Shown one piece after another: positions 19,245 through 29,053 of a stretch of DNA of 64,000 nt. Under the pieces are notes generated by a model. That model made no database searches, was not told the origin of the DNA, and was given only the letters and a program-made list of their open reading frames with translations. The translations under genes were made by a program, and so were the position numbers. Each line of letters begins with the position of its first letter. The stretch's first letter is position 1. Source of the DNA: Spirochaetia bacterium (GTDB lineage Bacteria; Spirochaetota; Spirochaetia; UBA9216); NCBI GenBank assembly GCA_963677925.2, contig CAXXYH010000004.1:832001-896000 (forward strand). Direction: 5' to 3'.

Positions 19245-19880
19245 ATGCATACTCTAAAAAAGAGGCCAAGATGGAGCACATTTCAGTCGTTTTCTGAAGA
19301 AACCTGGAAAAGCAGTGATATTTATTCTTCGGTTGAATTTCGTGAGCTTATTAACTATGAAAGGATAAGGGCTGATCGAAACGGATCCGTTTTTTCAATT
19401 CTACTGTTTACATCTGATCTATTTTATTCAAGCAGAAAAAACGTTACTTCTTTTATCAAAGAAGTAAAGACCCTTGTCAGGGTAATTGATCACATAGGCT
19501 GGTATGATAAAAAGCATGTGGCCATTCTTCTGCCTGATACAGCTGAAGCAGGGGCTGTAATACTTGGACATAAAATTCTTAGCCAACTCCCTTTTATTAG
19601 AGTGGAATCGGGATGTTTTGATATCTATACCTACCCTGATAAATGGTTGAAAAGCAATGATATCAATGAAAAAGCAGAAAGTGATAGTATTTTAAATAAG
19701 CGAATTGATGTGAGTGCATGTACAGAAGATATGTTTAATATGAAGATTCCGGTTTGGAAAAAAATCCTCGATTTAAGTTTAACATCAATAATGCTTAGAT
19801 TTTTAGAGTCTTTTAAATCTAAAACTGAAAGAAATGCAGGATTTGTTGGATTTAATTTACAGCAACGAAAGATTCAGTAG
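19245..19880 (+). pseudogene. Degenerate GGDEF-like domain fused to the first residues of a bacterial sugar transferase (truncated)
   Basis: ERIRADRNGSVFS...VRVIDHIGWY...AILLPDTAEAGA (GGDEF-fold motifs without GGDEF), then IPVWKKILDLSLTSIML (start of Bac_transf). The ORF then ends without the catalytic domain. Confidence 0.65.
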
Positions 19881-20149
19881 TAGAAATCGATTTTAGTTAG
19901 ATTGATAAAGTAAAATTGTATATTAAATATAGTTTATCAGTTTGTTTCGGCAACGGTATTCTAATAATTTTGTGATAGTAAATATATAATTCTAAAGACT
20001 CTCGCAAATATAAGTATTGAAAATTGAGAATTTTGATGAATTCTGCCACAGGGAATTGGTTAAAGCTGAGAAGATATTGTAGTATAGTATGAAAATGATC
20101 TGAACGAAATATTTTATAATTAGATATAGATTTTTTATGGAGATTTGTA

Positions 20150-21493
20150 TTGCCTGCATTAGCTCCCGTTGTATTGATATCATGGATATTTGTTACAATT
20201 ATATTATTTTTAAAATATTCTCCCCAAAAAGCCATTGTTATAAGTGTGTTTGGTGGAATGTTATTTCTTCCAGTTTATGATATTGAATTGTTCAGTTTTT
20301 TAACTCTAAATAAATCATCAGTTATCGCTTTAGGGATAATACTAGGAGAACTTCTCTCAGGCAGTAGGAGGGAATTTTTACCAAGATATAGTATTTATGA
20401 TATACCGATCCTATTGTGGTGTTTCTTAAGTCCTGAATTGTCATCAATATCTAATGGTTATGGGGTAACAGGTGGAATATCTCCAATAATATCAAACTAT
20501 CTATCCTGGGGTGTTTTTTATTGGACGGGGAAAAGATATTTTATAAATAATGAGCATATACAAACTATTATAAAAGCCTTTATTTTTGGTGGTTTGGCTT
20601 ATCTTCCTCTTATTTTATATGAAGAGAGGTTCAGTCCAAGACTGAATATTAATATATATGGATATTTTGCCCATGTATGGAGACAGCATAAAAGATACGG
20701 AGGCTGGAGACCTATTGTTTTCATGGAACATGGAATAATGGTTGCCTTGTTTATGGTTTGTGTTTCTCTGGTGTTTTTCTGGCTCTGGAGAAGCGGTAAA
20801 ATATCAAAAATAAAAAATATTAGTATATCGTTTATTACTATAATTTTAATTATTGCAACGGTTTTATGCAGAGTTGCCGCAGGTTGGGCATATTTGCTTT
20901 TTGGTGTTTTATTATTTTCTGTGTACAAAAAGAAAAACTCTGTTTTCTTGCTTAAAACAATTCTTTTATTGATACCTGTTTATATGGCATTGCGAATAAA
21001 TCAGTTTATTTCATCCGAATCTATTGGTAATATTGCTGCTTCTATTTTTGATGATGAAAGAGCAGGCTCTTTAGGGCTTAGGTTGCTTCAGGAAGATTTA
21101 TTTACTGTAAAAGCAATGCAGCGGCCATTTTTGGGTTGGTTCGGGCTGTCCCGAGCCTGGCCTGTGAATATAGAAACTGGCAGAGTCTTGGTTAAAATGA
21201 TAGATTCATTTTGGATGATTATTTTCACAAGATATGGCCTCTTAGCTTTATTCTCGGTATATATAGGGATTGGGATCGGGCCGTTTTTGATTTTATTATC
21301 ACTTGAAAAACGAACCAATCATATATCTATTGAACTTGTATTATTGTGTTTGATTGTAATTCTGTTTATGGTTGATACGCTCCTAAATGGAATGATTAAC
21401 CAGATGTATATAATGGTTTCGGGTTCATTATTAGGGTATTATCTTGCGAATAAACAAAAATATGATTTTCAGGATAACCAGATAATTTTGTAA
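20150..21493 (+). CDS. O-antigen ligase/Wzy-like polysaccharide polymerase
   Basis: Polytopic membrane protein; RYGGWRPIVFMEHG, RAGSLGLRL...QRPFLGW, DSFW motifs. Confidence 0.82.
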   Translation: MPALAPVVLISWIFVTIILFLKYSPQKAIVISVFGGMLFLPVYDIELFSFLTLNKSSVIALGIILGELLSGSRREFLPRYSIYDIPILLWCFLSPELSSISNGYGVTGGISPIISNYLSWGVFYWTGKRYFINNEHIQTIIKAFIFGGLAYLPLILYEERFSPRLNINIYGYFAHVWRQHKRYGGWRPIVFMEHGIMVALFMVCVSLVFFWLWRSGKISKIKNISISFITIILIIATVLCRVAAGWAYLLFGVLLFSVYKKKNSVFLLKTILLLIPVYMALRINQFISSESIGNIAASIFDDERAGSLGLRLLQEDLFTVKAMQRPFLGWFGLSRAWPVNIETGRVLVKMIDSFWMIIFTRYGLLALFSVYIGIGIGPFLILLSLEKRTNHISIELVLLCLIVILFMVDTLLNGMINQMYIMVSGSLLGYYLANKQKYDFQDNQIIL

Positions 21494-21508
21494 ATAAATG
21501 GAGTTTTC

Positions 21509-22285
21509 ATGCAGAGGCTTGTTTTTGGTAATATTCATGCAGATTATATTGGATTCGACGAGGCAATCCGTGTTATCACTGATAAAGCGTTAAAGCGAAG
21601 CGGCGGTTATATTGTAACTCCAAATGTAGATCATGTCGTTGTCGCAGAGAATGACAAACGATTAACCGATGCATATAGAAATGCCGCGTTGTCTTTATGT
21701 GATGGTAAGCCTTTACTTTGGATAAGTCATATGATAAGATTGCCGCTTCCTGAAAAAATATCTGGATCTGATCTCGTTAAACCACTATTATACAGTTCGG
21801 CAACAAAAGGTTTAAAAGTTTATCTACTAGGAGCAGCCCCCGGTGTTGGTGAGGCGGCTGCAGAGAATCTGAAGAGAGAAATACCAAATTTGATAATTTG
21901 TGGGACCGATTCTCCCCCGATTGGTTTTGATAAGGATTATGTGGCTGAACAACTCGTTTTAGATAAAATGCTTGCAGCAGACCCTGATATTGTTCTGGTT
22001 GCATTAGGAGCACCAAAACAGGAAATATTAATGCATAGATGGTATAATGAAGGTGTTGAGCAGGTAATGCTTGGTATTGGAGCTAGTCTAGATTTTATTG
22101 CTGGCAGAGTACCCCGGGCTCCGAAGTGGGTTTCGGAAATCGGCTTTGAATGGATCTTCAGGATGTGTCAGGACCCCAAACGTTTAATTAAGCGTTATCT
22201 AGTAAGAGATCTAAGGATAATAAAGATTTTTATTGCTATGTTGTTAACACCAAAAGAGAAACTTGTTGTTTCAACCAGGGATTAA
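21509..22285 (+). CDS. WecB/TagA/CpsF family glycosyltransferase (GT26)
   Basis: VTPNVDH, DGKP, SGSDL, VALGAPKQE, IGASLDF, RAPKW...EW.FR...DPKRL..RY. Confidence 0.95.
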   Translation: MQRLVFGNIHADYIGFDEAIRVITDKALKRSGGYIVTPNVDHVVVAENDKRLTDAYRNAALSLCDGKPLLWISHMIRLPLPEKISGSDLVKPLLYSSATKGLKVYLLGAAPGVGEAAAENLKREIPNLIICGTDSPPIGFDKDYVAEQLVLDKMLAADPDIVLVALGAPKQEILMHRWYNEGVEQVMLGIGASLDFIAGRVPRAPKWVSEIGFEWIFRMCQDPKRLIKRYLVRDLRIIKIFIAMLLTPKEKLVVSTRD

Positions 22286-22332
22286 TTTTTATAATGGTTT
22301 TCAACATTCAAACTATACTATAAGGCAGGAGC

Positions 22333-23118
22333 ATGATCTCTATTCTCGATGAACTTGGACCACAGATAAAAACAATAGTTAATGGATATAATATTAGTAA
22401 ACATGTATTACATGTAAGAGGTGATGATAGGGGCGGGTTGTATAGATTTAAATTGAAATCGTCTAAGAGTGTTGTTGCCAAGTTATGGAAATTAAGAGAT
22501 GTAAAAGAAGACTTAAAATCTTTTCTGCATCTTAGTAACGGTTGGCGGGAATGGAAGGCCCATTCTTATCTTTATAGAAAAGGGTTAAAAGTTCCTGAGC
22601 CATTAGAGTTTTTTATAATCAAATCGGATTCTGGTGAAAAATGGGAATGCTTAATAGTAGAAGACCTCGGAAATACCCAAAAGAGTTTAGTTTATTTAAA
22701 AGACTTGGTTGAAAAGAAGGCAGAAATAGAAATTGAGAAATTTGAAAATGAATTGATTAAGTCAACTAAAAGGATCCTTGATCTTGGTCTTATAGACATT
22801 GATCATCAATTTAATAATTTTGTAGTAGATGAAGATGGGAATATTATAAGAATTGATTTTGAATGTGTTAGAAGATATCTCTTCTATTATAAAAAAGCTG
22901 AACGTGACTATACTCAAATGCTTGCTCGCTTTGTTATTGGACATATCTATGCTGTTCAGCCTGAGATTTTCAGGACTGAAGAGTTTGTTAAAAAACTTTA
23001 TAAAAAAGTGAAGTTGAATACGAAACAAAAAGAGATAATACAGCGTAAGGTTAATTTTATGTTGGAACAGCAATATAAAAGCTCTGGAATTAGATCCGAT
23101 ATTTTATTACCAGACTGA
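22333..23118 (+). CDS. Kdo/WaaP-like kinase-fold protein
   Basis: VAK...REW...GLKVPEPL, D.DHQFNN and IDFE kinase-like motifs. Confidence 0.65.
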   Translation: MISILDELGPQIKTIVNGYNISKHVLHVRGDDRGGLYRFKLKSSKSVVAKLWKLRDVKEDLKSFLHLSNGWREWKAHSYLYRKGLKVPEPLEFFIIKSDSGEKWECLIVEDLGNTQKSLVYLKDLVEKKAEIEIEKFENELIKSTKRILDLGLIDIDHQFNNFVVDEDGNIIRIDFECVRRYLFYYKKAERDYTQMLARFVIGHIYAVQPEIFRTEEFVKKLYKKVKLNTKQKEIIQRKVNFMLEQQYKSSGIRSDILLPD

Positions 23119-23157
23119 TTTTGTTTTTGATTCATATTTTAAAATATAGGAAAATTC

Positions 23158-24219
23158 ATGTTTAAAACTGTATTGATTGGCAGCGGGAAAATATCTGAAC
23201 AGCATTTAAAAGCGTTGAAAGGGATAAATCAAGTCGAAGTTGAAGGAATATGTGATCTTTCGCCTTCGTTGTCAAAATTTACATCGGAACGTTTTGGAAT
23301 AAGTAATTGGTATACAGATTATAATAAAATGTTGTCTGAACTGAGACCTGATTTTGTTCATGTTCTTACCCCCCCTGTGACCCATAATAAAATAGTTAGA
23401 GATTCTGTCGATTCGGGTGCTAATGTAATAGTAGAAAAACCAATTGCATTATCAAATAATGAATTTAGAGAATTATTTCAATATGCTTCATCAAAAGGTG
23501 TGACGATTGTAGAAAATCATAATTATCGGTTTAATTCACCGATTTTAAAAATGACAGAAGCTTTAAAATCAGGCAAGATTGGGAACGTTACAGAAGTTGA
23601 TGTGAGAATGGTTTTAAACATTAAGGGGGGTGGGCGATATTCTGATCCGAATTTACCTCATCCGAGCCATAAACTTCCAGCAGGTGTTCTTCATGAGTAT
23701 ATAACCCATCTTGTTTATCTGATGTTGGAATTTATGCCTGATGGAACCGTAGATAAATTGGATATGGTCAAGGCTGCCTGGAGAAATCATGGAGGCGGAG
23801 ATTTTTTTAAATATGATAATCTTGATGCATTGATAATATCAAATGGTATACATGGACGAATAAGATTTTCCTGTAATCAGTGGCCTGATTGTTTTAGTGT
23901 AGATGTTCGGGGTACGGAAGGGGCTCTTTCGGCAGAACTTTATAACCCTGTTTTTCTTGAAACAATTATGCGGGCTGGCGGTAAACATTTGACACCATTG
24001 ATAAACGCTGTTAAATCCGGACGTGTACTATGTAAATCAGGATACAGCGGTCTTTGGAATAAAATTAAGGATATTAGCGCCTATGACGGATTGTACCGTC
24101 ATCTGGAATTAATATATGAATCATTCTTAAATAAGAGTGATATGCCGGTTGGATATAAGCAGATGGATGACACAAGCAGAATTATTGATGAACTCCTTCG
24201 AGAGGAGAATCAAATATGA
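23158..24219 (+). CDS. Gfo/Idh/MocA family oxidoreductase
   Basis: IGSGKIS..H, VHVLTPPVTH, VEKP, NHNYRF. Confidence 0.93.
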   Translation: MFKTVLIGSGKISEQHLKALKGINQVEVEGICDLSPSLSKFTSERFGISNWYTDYNKMLSELRPDFVHVLTPPVTHNKIVRDSVDSGANVIVEKPIALSNNEFRELFQYASSKGVTIVENHNYRFNSPILKMTEALKSGKIGNVTEVDVRMVLNIKGGGRYSDPNLPHPSHKLPAGVLHEYITHLVYLMLEFMPDGTVDKLDMVKAAWRNHGGGDFFKYDNLDALIISNGIHGRIRFSCNQWPDCFSVDVRGTEGALSAELYNPVFLETIMRAGGKHLTPLINAVKSGRVLCKSGYSGLWNKIKDISAYDGLYRHLELIYESFLNKSDMPVGYKQMDDTSRIIDELLREENQI

Positions 24220-25253
24220 AATTGTTAATTACTGGAGCAAATGGTTTTTTAGGCAGATATGTAGTAGCAGAAGCGGTAAAACAGGGAATTAATGTTCGGG
24301 CGCTTTTAAGACCTGCTTCAAAGAACATTCCTGAAAGCTGGAAAAATCACTGTTTAATTGAGATTGTCTATGGAGACCTTCGCAAAAAAGATAAAATTAC
24401 TGAATTATTTTCAGATTGTGATGTAGTTGTACATCTGGCGGCTACAAAAACGGGTGATATATACGAACAATTATCCGGAACAGTAATCGCTACTGAAAAT
24501 TTATTAAATGCAATGAAAGAAGCAAATCTTTCAAAAATTGTATTAATAAGCAGTTTTGCTGTATATGAATATAAAAAGCGTTTAAGTTTCAGCGTTCTTG
24601 ATGAAAGCTCTCCGCTTGCTGTTGATACGTTTAAACGAGATCAGTATTGTCAAACCAAAACATTACAGGAAAAACTTGTTTTACAAATTGCTAAAGAAAA
24701 TAGCTGGCAGTGTGTAGTGTTGAGACCGGGAGTCATTTTTGGACGGGATAATCTTTGGACAGCTAGACTCGGTATGCAATTGAACCCAAAAAAATGGTTA
24801 ACAATTGGGAATCTTGCAGCTCTCCCTTTAACTTATGTTGAAAATTGTGCATCAGCTATAGTGCTTGCATCAGAATTTAAAGGAGCTGATAAAACTAAAA
24901 TTTTAAATATAGTAGATGGAAAACCTCCATCACAGGCTAAATATATAAGATTTCTTAAAAAACACACGCCCGGAAAAGTCAAAATTGTTTTTATTCCCTG
25001 GCTCATTATGAGGTTTATAGCATTCTGTGCTTCGAGCTTCAATCGTCTTTTTCTGCATGGAAACGGGAAAATCCCTGGGTTGTTTGTTCCTGAAAGTCAA
25101 CATGCAAGATTTAAACCGTTGAAATATTCGAATAAACTGATTATTGACTCCCTTGATTGGTATCCACGTTTTACATGGAAAGAGGGTATAGAGCGTTCTT
25201 TAAGCGTTATGGATTTAACCTCGGTTAGTCCAATAGAAGTGGAGACCGTATAG
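24216..25253 (+). CDS. NAD-dependent epimerase/dehydratase
   Basis: ITGANGFLG, VHLAA, SSFAVY, YCQTK (YxxxK), LRPGVIFG. Confidence 0.93.
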   Translation: MKLLITGANGFLGRYVVAEAVKQGINVRALLRPASKNIPESWKNHCLIEIVYGDLRKKDKITELFSDCDVVVHLAATKTGDIYEQLSGTVIATENLLNAMKEANLSKIVLISSFAVYEYKKRLSFSVLDESSPLAVDTFKRDQYCQTKTLQEKLVLQIAKENSWQCVVLRPGVIFGRDNLWTARLGMQLNPKKWLTIGNLAALPLTYVENCASAIVLASEFKGADKTKILNIVDGKPPSQAKYIRFLKKHTPGKVKIVFIPWLIMRFIAFCASSFNRLFLHGNGKIPGLFVPESQHARFKPLKYSNKLIIDSLDWYPRFTWKEGIERSLSVMDLTSVSPIEVETV

Positions 25254-26461
25254 TGAAAAAAGTTGCATATCTGTGCGGGGAATATCCCAGAGCAACAGAT
25301 ACATTCATAAGACGTGAGGTTTTTGCTTTACGCAATAAGGGGTTTGACGTTTCAACTATCTCTATACGACGACCGTCGGTCAGAGAGCAGGGAACGCATG
25401 AGCTGGAATCAGAAAGGCGAACTACACATTACCTGCTGCCTTGTAAACCTGTTACATTGGTAATCATTCATTTTGCTTTGTTATTTAAACTGCCGTCAAG
25501 ATATTTTAAAGCTTTAAAATTGGCATTAACTGTAAGATCGCCGGGCTTAAGGGCATTTTTATACCAGTTGTTCTATTTTGCTGAAGCGGGTCTTTTAGTG
25601 CAGCATTTAAAGAAAAACGGTGTTTCACATATTCATAATCATGCTCCTGATGCCTGCGGATATGTTGCTATGATAGCTTCAGAACTTGGAGGATTTACCT
25701 ATAGTATGACATTGCATGGCTTCGGAATTTTTTCTGAACCGCAGAAGTGGAGATTGCGTGAAAAGATTGAACGCGCATTGTTTGTTATCTGTATTAGTAA
25801 GCATGGTGTTAGCCAGGCAATGTTATGGTCGGAGCGTAAAAACTGGTCCAAGATTCATGTTGTTCATTGCGGGGTTGAAAATAAAGCTGAATTATTGATG
25901 CCAAACTCTAATGGACAGGGTGTGAATGTTCTCTTTGTCGGTAGATTAGATCATGTAAAAGGTCTTCCTAATTTAATAGAAGCGATAGAAATTTTATCTT
26001 TATCAGGTCAGGAGATACATCTTCATATAGCTGGAGATGGTCCTGAAAAGAACGATCTTGAGATTTTAATCAGTGAGAAAGGGCTTGAGGATCAAGTTAC
26101 TATGCATGGTTATAAAGCGCAGTCAGAGTTGAAATCTTTATATTCAGAAGCAGATATTTTTGTAATTACTAGCTTTTACGAAGGTATACCTGTCGTTCTT
26201 ATGGAGGCTATGTCTTATGGTGTGCCTGTAATAGCCCCCAGAATTACCGGAATACCTGAGTTGGTGCAGGATGGGGTGAGTGGGATGCTTACTACTCCTG
26301 GAGATGCTTTAGAACTTGCTGAATCTATTAGAATATTGCTTAAAGATCCAAAATACCGTGAAAATTTAGCCGTAGAAGGAATAAAGAAGGTTCAAAAAGA
26401 TTTCGATCTGAATACTGAAACAGAACGGCTGATGGGCATTATGCAAAGATATCTTGGATGA
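25253..26461 (+). CDS. GT4 glycosyltransferase (WcaL-like)
   Basis: YPRATDTFIRRE, VGRLDHVKG, EGIPVVLMEAM (Ex7E). Confidence 0.94.
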   Translation: MKKVAYLCGEYPRATDTFIRREVFALRNKGFDVSTISIRRPSVREQGTHELESERRTTHYLLPCKPVTLVIIHFALLFKLPSRYFKALKLALTVRSPGLRAFLYQLFYFAEAGLLVQHLKKNGVSHIHNHAPDACGYVAMIASELGGFTYSMTLHGFGIFSEPQKWRLREKIERALFVICISKHGVSQAMLWSERKNWSKIHVVHCGVENKAELLMPNSNGQGVNVLFVGRLDHVKGLPNLIEAIEILSLSGQEIHLHIAGDGPEKNDLEILISEKGLEDQVTMHGYKAQSELKSLYSEADIFVITSFYEGIPVVLMEAMSYGVPVIAPRITGIPELVQDGVSGMLTTPGDALELAESIRILLKDPKYRENLAVEGIKKVQKDFDLNTETERLMGIMQRYLG

Positions 26462-26483
26462 TATATAAGGAATAAAATCATAT

Positions 26484-27518
26484 ATGTCTATCAAGAGTAT
26501 AATAAGAAAAAAGGTAGGTCCTCTTCTACAAAAGGCTGGGTATAGAACCGGGCTCATGTGGCTTTTGTCTAAAATTTATAAAAAAGAGGGTGCTATTATT
26601 TTAATGTATCACAGTGTTGCTGATAATAGCTTTTCTGAGTGGATAGACCCTGCTAACCATGTACCTGCAGATGTTTTTAAACAGCAGATGGAATTTCTGT
26701 CAAAGTATCGTAATGTTATATCATTATCAGAATTGGTTTTGTTGCTACAGGAGGGGAAGAATCCGCCTGCTAATACTGTTGTAATTACTTTTGATGATGG
26801 ATATCTTGACAATCTCACTATAGCAGCGCCAGTACTTGACCAATTTAAGTTAACGGCTACTCTTTTTCTGCCGACCGGTTATATTGAACGGGGAGAAACC
26901 CAATGGGTTGATCAGGTTTATTCTATATTTAAATATCGTTCAGTTAATAAAATATTATGGGGTATAAAGACTCCGGAATTATTTAATCTGAATGAGCCCG
27001 AACAGTTAAAAAAGCTATACAGAAGTGTTTGTAGTGAATTGATAACTTCAGATGTTGTTAATCGTAAAGATTTTTTACAAAAACTGTCAGAAGTACTGAT
27101 GCCTATTTCAGCTCCGCCTCGTCTTACAATGAACTGGGATGAGGTTAATCATCTGATTTCAGATTATAATTGTTTTGAGATAGGCGCGCACACTCGTGAA
27201 CATACTGATTTAACAAGTATTCCGATTCAGGAAGCTGAAGTGGAGCTGTCAGAATGCAGAAACATTATAAAAAATAAAATTAATTGCGAACCGTATCTTT
27301 TCTCATTCTGCTATGGTCGAACATCTGAAGAATTAAGGAAAGTTGCAAGGCTGGAAGGCTTTTATGCGGCTTGTGGCGGTGAAGGTTTGGATCCTGTTAT
27401 TCAAATGGGTGCAGATCTTTTTCGTCTACCGCGGATTGCAGGTCCTTCAAGAATGGAATATTTTGATATGAAGATTAATTATCAAAATACCGGGGTATGG
27501 AGAAAACTGGAGAGGTAA
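26484..27518 (+). CDS. Polysaccharide deacetylase (CE4)
   Basis: ILMYHSV, ITFDDGY, IGAHTREH. Confidence 0.93.
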   Translation: MSIKSIIRKKVGPLLQKAGYRTGLMWLLSKIYKKEGAIILMYHSVADNSFSEWIDPANHVPADVFKQQMEFLSKYRNVISLSELVLLLQEGKNPPANTVVITFDDGYLDNLTIAAPVLDQFKLTATLFLPTGYIERGETQWVDQVYSIFKYRSVNKILWGIKTPELFNLNEPEQLKKLYRSVCSELITSDVVNRKDFLQKLSEVLMPISAPPRLTMNWDEVNHLISDYNCFEIGAHTREHTDLTSIPIQEAEVELSECRNIIKNKINCEPYLFSFCYGRTSEELRKVARLEGFYAACGGEGLDPVIQMGADLFRLPRIAGPSRMEYFDMKINYQNTGVWRKLER

Positions 27519-27525
27519 ATGTTAT

Positions 27526-28104
27526 ATGTTTAGAAAAGCTATTTTAGTCTTGAAAAGAATATATAAAAGGTTTCGAGATGCTTATAGGAAAAGGTTTAGA
27601 CAGCAGAATTTTATTTTTCAACATAAGGGCCCTTTTTCTTCTGAAAGAAGAACTGATTGCGTAATAAAAAGTTTCCGCTCAAAAGCAGATGTTCCTGAAT
27701 CAGTTAAGGCGGATCTTCTTCGTAATGGAGGTAAAAAGACGTGGGAAATAAATGAAATGGAAATTGATGAAAATGCTGTTTTCTGGGTAGCTTTTAAAGA
27801 TAAGCATGTTGTCTCTACAGTTTTTACACGAAGAGGAATGTGCTATAAAAATTGGTTTTTACCATTAAACCCGGAAGATGTTGTTGTTTTCAGATTAGGT
27901 ACTTTCCCTGAATTTAGGGGAAGGGGGTTTGCTCCATCTTTAATCAGGCAAGCGATTTATGAAACATTAAAAGATTCTTCTGGTCATGCATATATCGATT
28001 GTCGAACATATAATAAATCATCAATAAATTGTATAAAGAAAGTAGGGTTTAATTGTATTGCCAAAATGAAGACTATTAGTCGTGACTGGGCATTATATGG
28101 TTGA
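27526..28104 (+). CDS. GNAT acetyltransferase
   Basis: TFPEFRGRGFA (acetyl-CoA loop) and N..S....KKVGF. Confidence 0.85.
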   Translation: MFRKAILVLKRIYKRFRDAYRKRFRQQNFIFQHKGPFSSERRTDCVIKSFRSKADVPESVKADLLRNGGKKTWEINEMEIDENAVFWVAFKDKHVVSTVFTRRGMCYKNWFLPLNPEDVVVFRLGTFPEFRGRGFAPSLIRQAIYETLKDSSGHAYIDCRTYNKSSINCIKKVGFNCIAKMKTISRDWALYG

Positions 28105-29053
28105 TATGTATAAAGGTGACCATGCAGTTTCTGCAAAAATTACTATTATTATAGTATCTTTTCAATCTGTTGATTTCATTGGTGATAATTTAGCAAAGCT
28201 TGAAAAACCAATATTAGAAAAATTAGTTAAAGTAATTGTCGTTGATAATAGTAGCACAGATGGTACCGCAGACTTTGTGGAAAAAAGATATCCCCATGTG
28301 AAATTGATACGAAATCAGATTAATATTGGTTTTGGACGAGGGTGCAATTGTGGTTTTTCTTATGCCGATACACCTTATGTTTTATTGATAAATCCTGATG
28401 CCGTTATAGATGAGGTTTCGTTAAAGAAGTTACTTTCTTTTATGGACTCCAAGCCTGAGACGGGAATATGCGGACCTGCAGTCATAGATGAATCCGGTGC
28501 TATTCAGCCTTCAGGTGCATCAGCAAAACCATGGAAAGTAATATTAAAACCCCTTTTCCCGGGATTGGCTGTAAAGGGCATGCGTAATATAATGCCGGGA
28601 GAACCACCGCGGCAAACAGACTGGATTTGTGGTTCAATTATGATGTTGAGAAGCAGAATGATCGAAGAGATTGGTGGTTTTGATCCGAGGTTCTTTTTGT
28701 ATTTTGAAGAAACCGATTTGCATCTGAGAGCAAAGAAGGCTGGATGGCAGATATGGACTGTTGGTGAAGCTGTGGGTGGTCATATTAATGCCGCATCGGC
28801 AAAAGCTACATCTGAAGACATGATTTGGGGTACTATATCTGAACATTATTTTAAAAGTCGATTTTACTTTTTCAGGAAACATTATGGTCTGATTCCAGCT
28901 GTTTTAGCCGATGTCGGTGAATTATTTGCTATGTTTATACGTTATCTTTTATCTACTGTCAGAGGAAAAAAATATAAAATTATTAGACAAAGATTACGAT
29001 CCCCTATCATGAAATCTCCGGATATTCCTGAGTCAAATAATGGGGGCTGTTAA
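28082..29053 (+). CDS. GT2 glycosyltransferase (start may be a downstream ATG)
   Basis: VVDNSSTDGT, NIGFGRGCN, LINPDA, FDPRFFLYFEETD. Confidence 0.93.
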   Translation: MTGHYMVDMYKGDHAVSAKITIIIVSFQSVDFIGDNLAKLEKPILEKLVKVIVVDNSSTDGTADFVEKRYPHVKLIRNQINIGFGRGCNCGFSYADTPYVLLINPDAVIDEVSLKKLLSFMDSKPETGICGPAVIDESGAIQPSGASAKPWKVILKPLFPGLAVKGMRNIMPGEPPRQTDWICGSIMMLRSRMIEEIGGFDPRFFLYFEETDLHLRAKKAGWQIWTVGEAVGGHINAASAKATSEDMIWGTISEHYFKSRFYFFRKHYGLIPAVLADVGELFAMFIRYLLSTVRGKKYKIIRQRLRSPIMKSPDIPESNNGGC

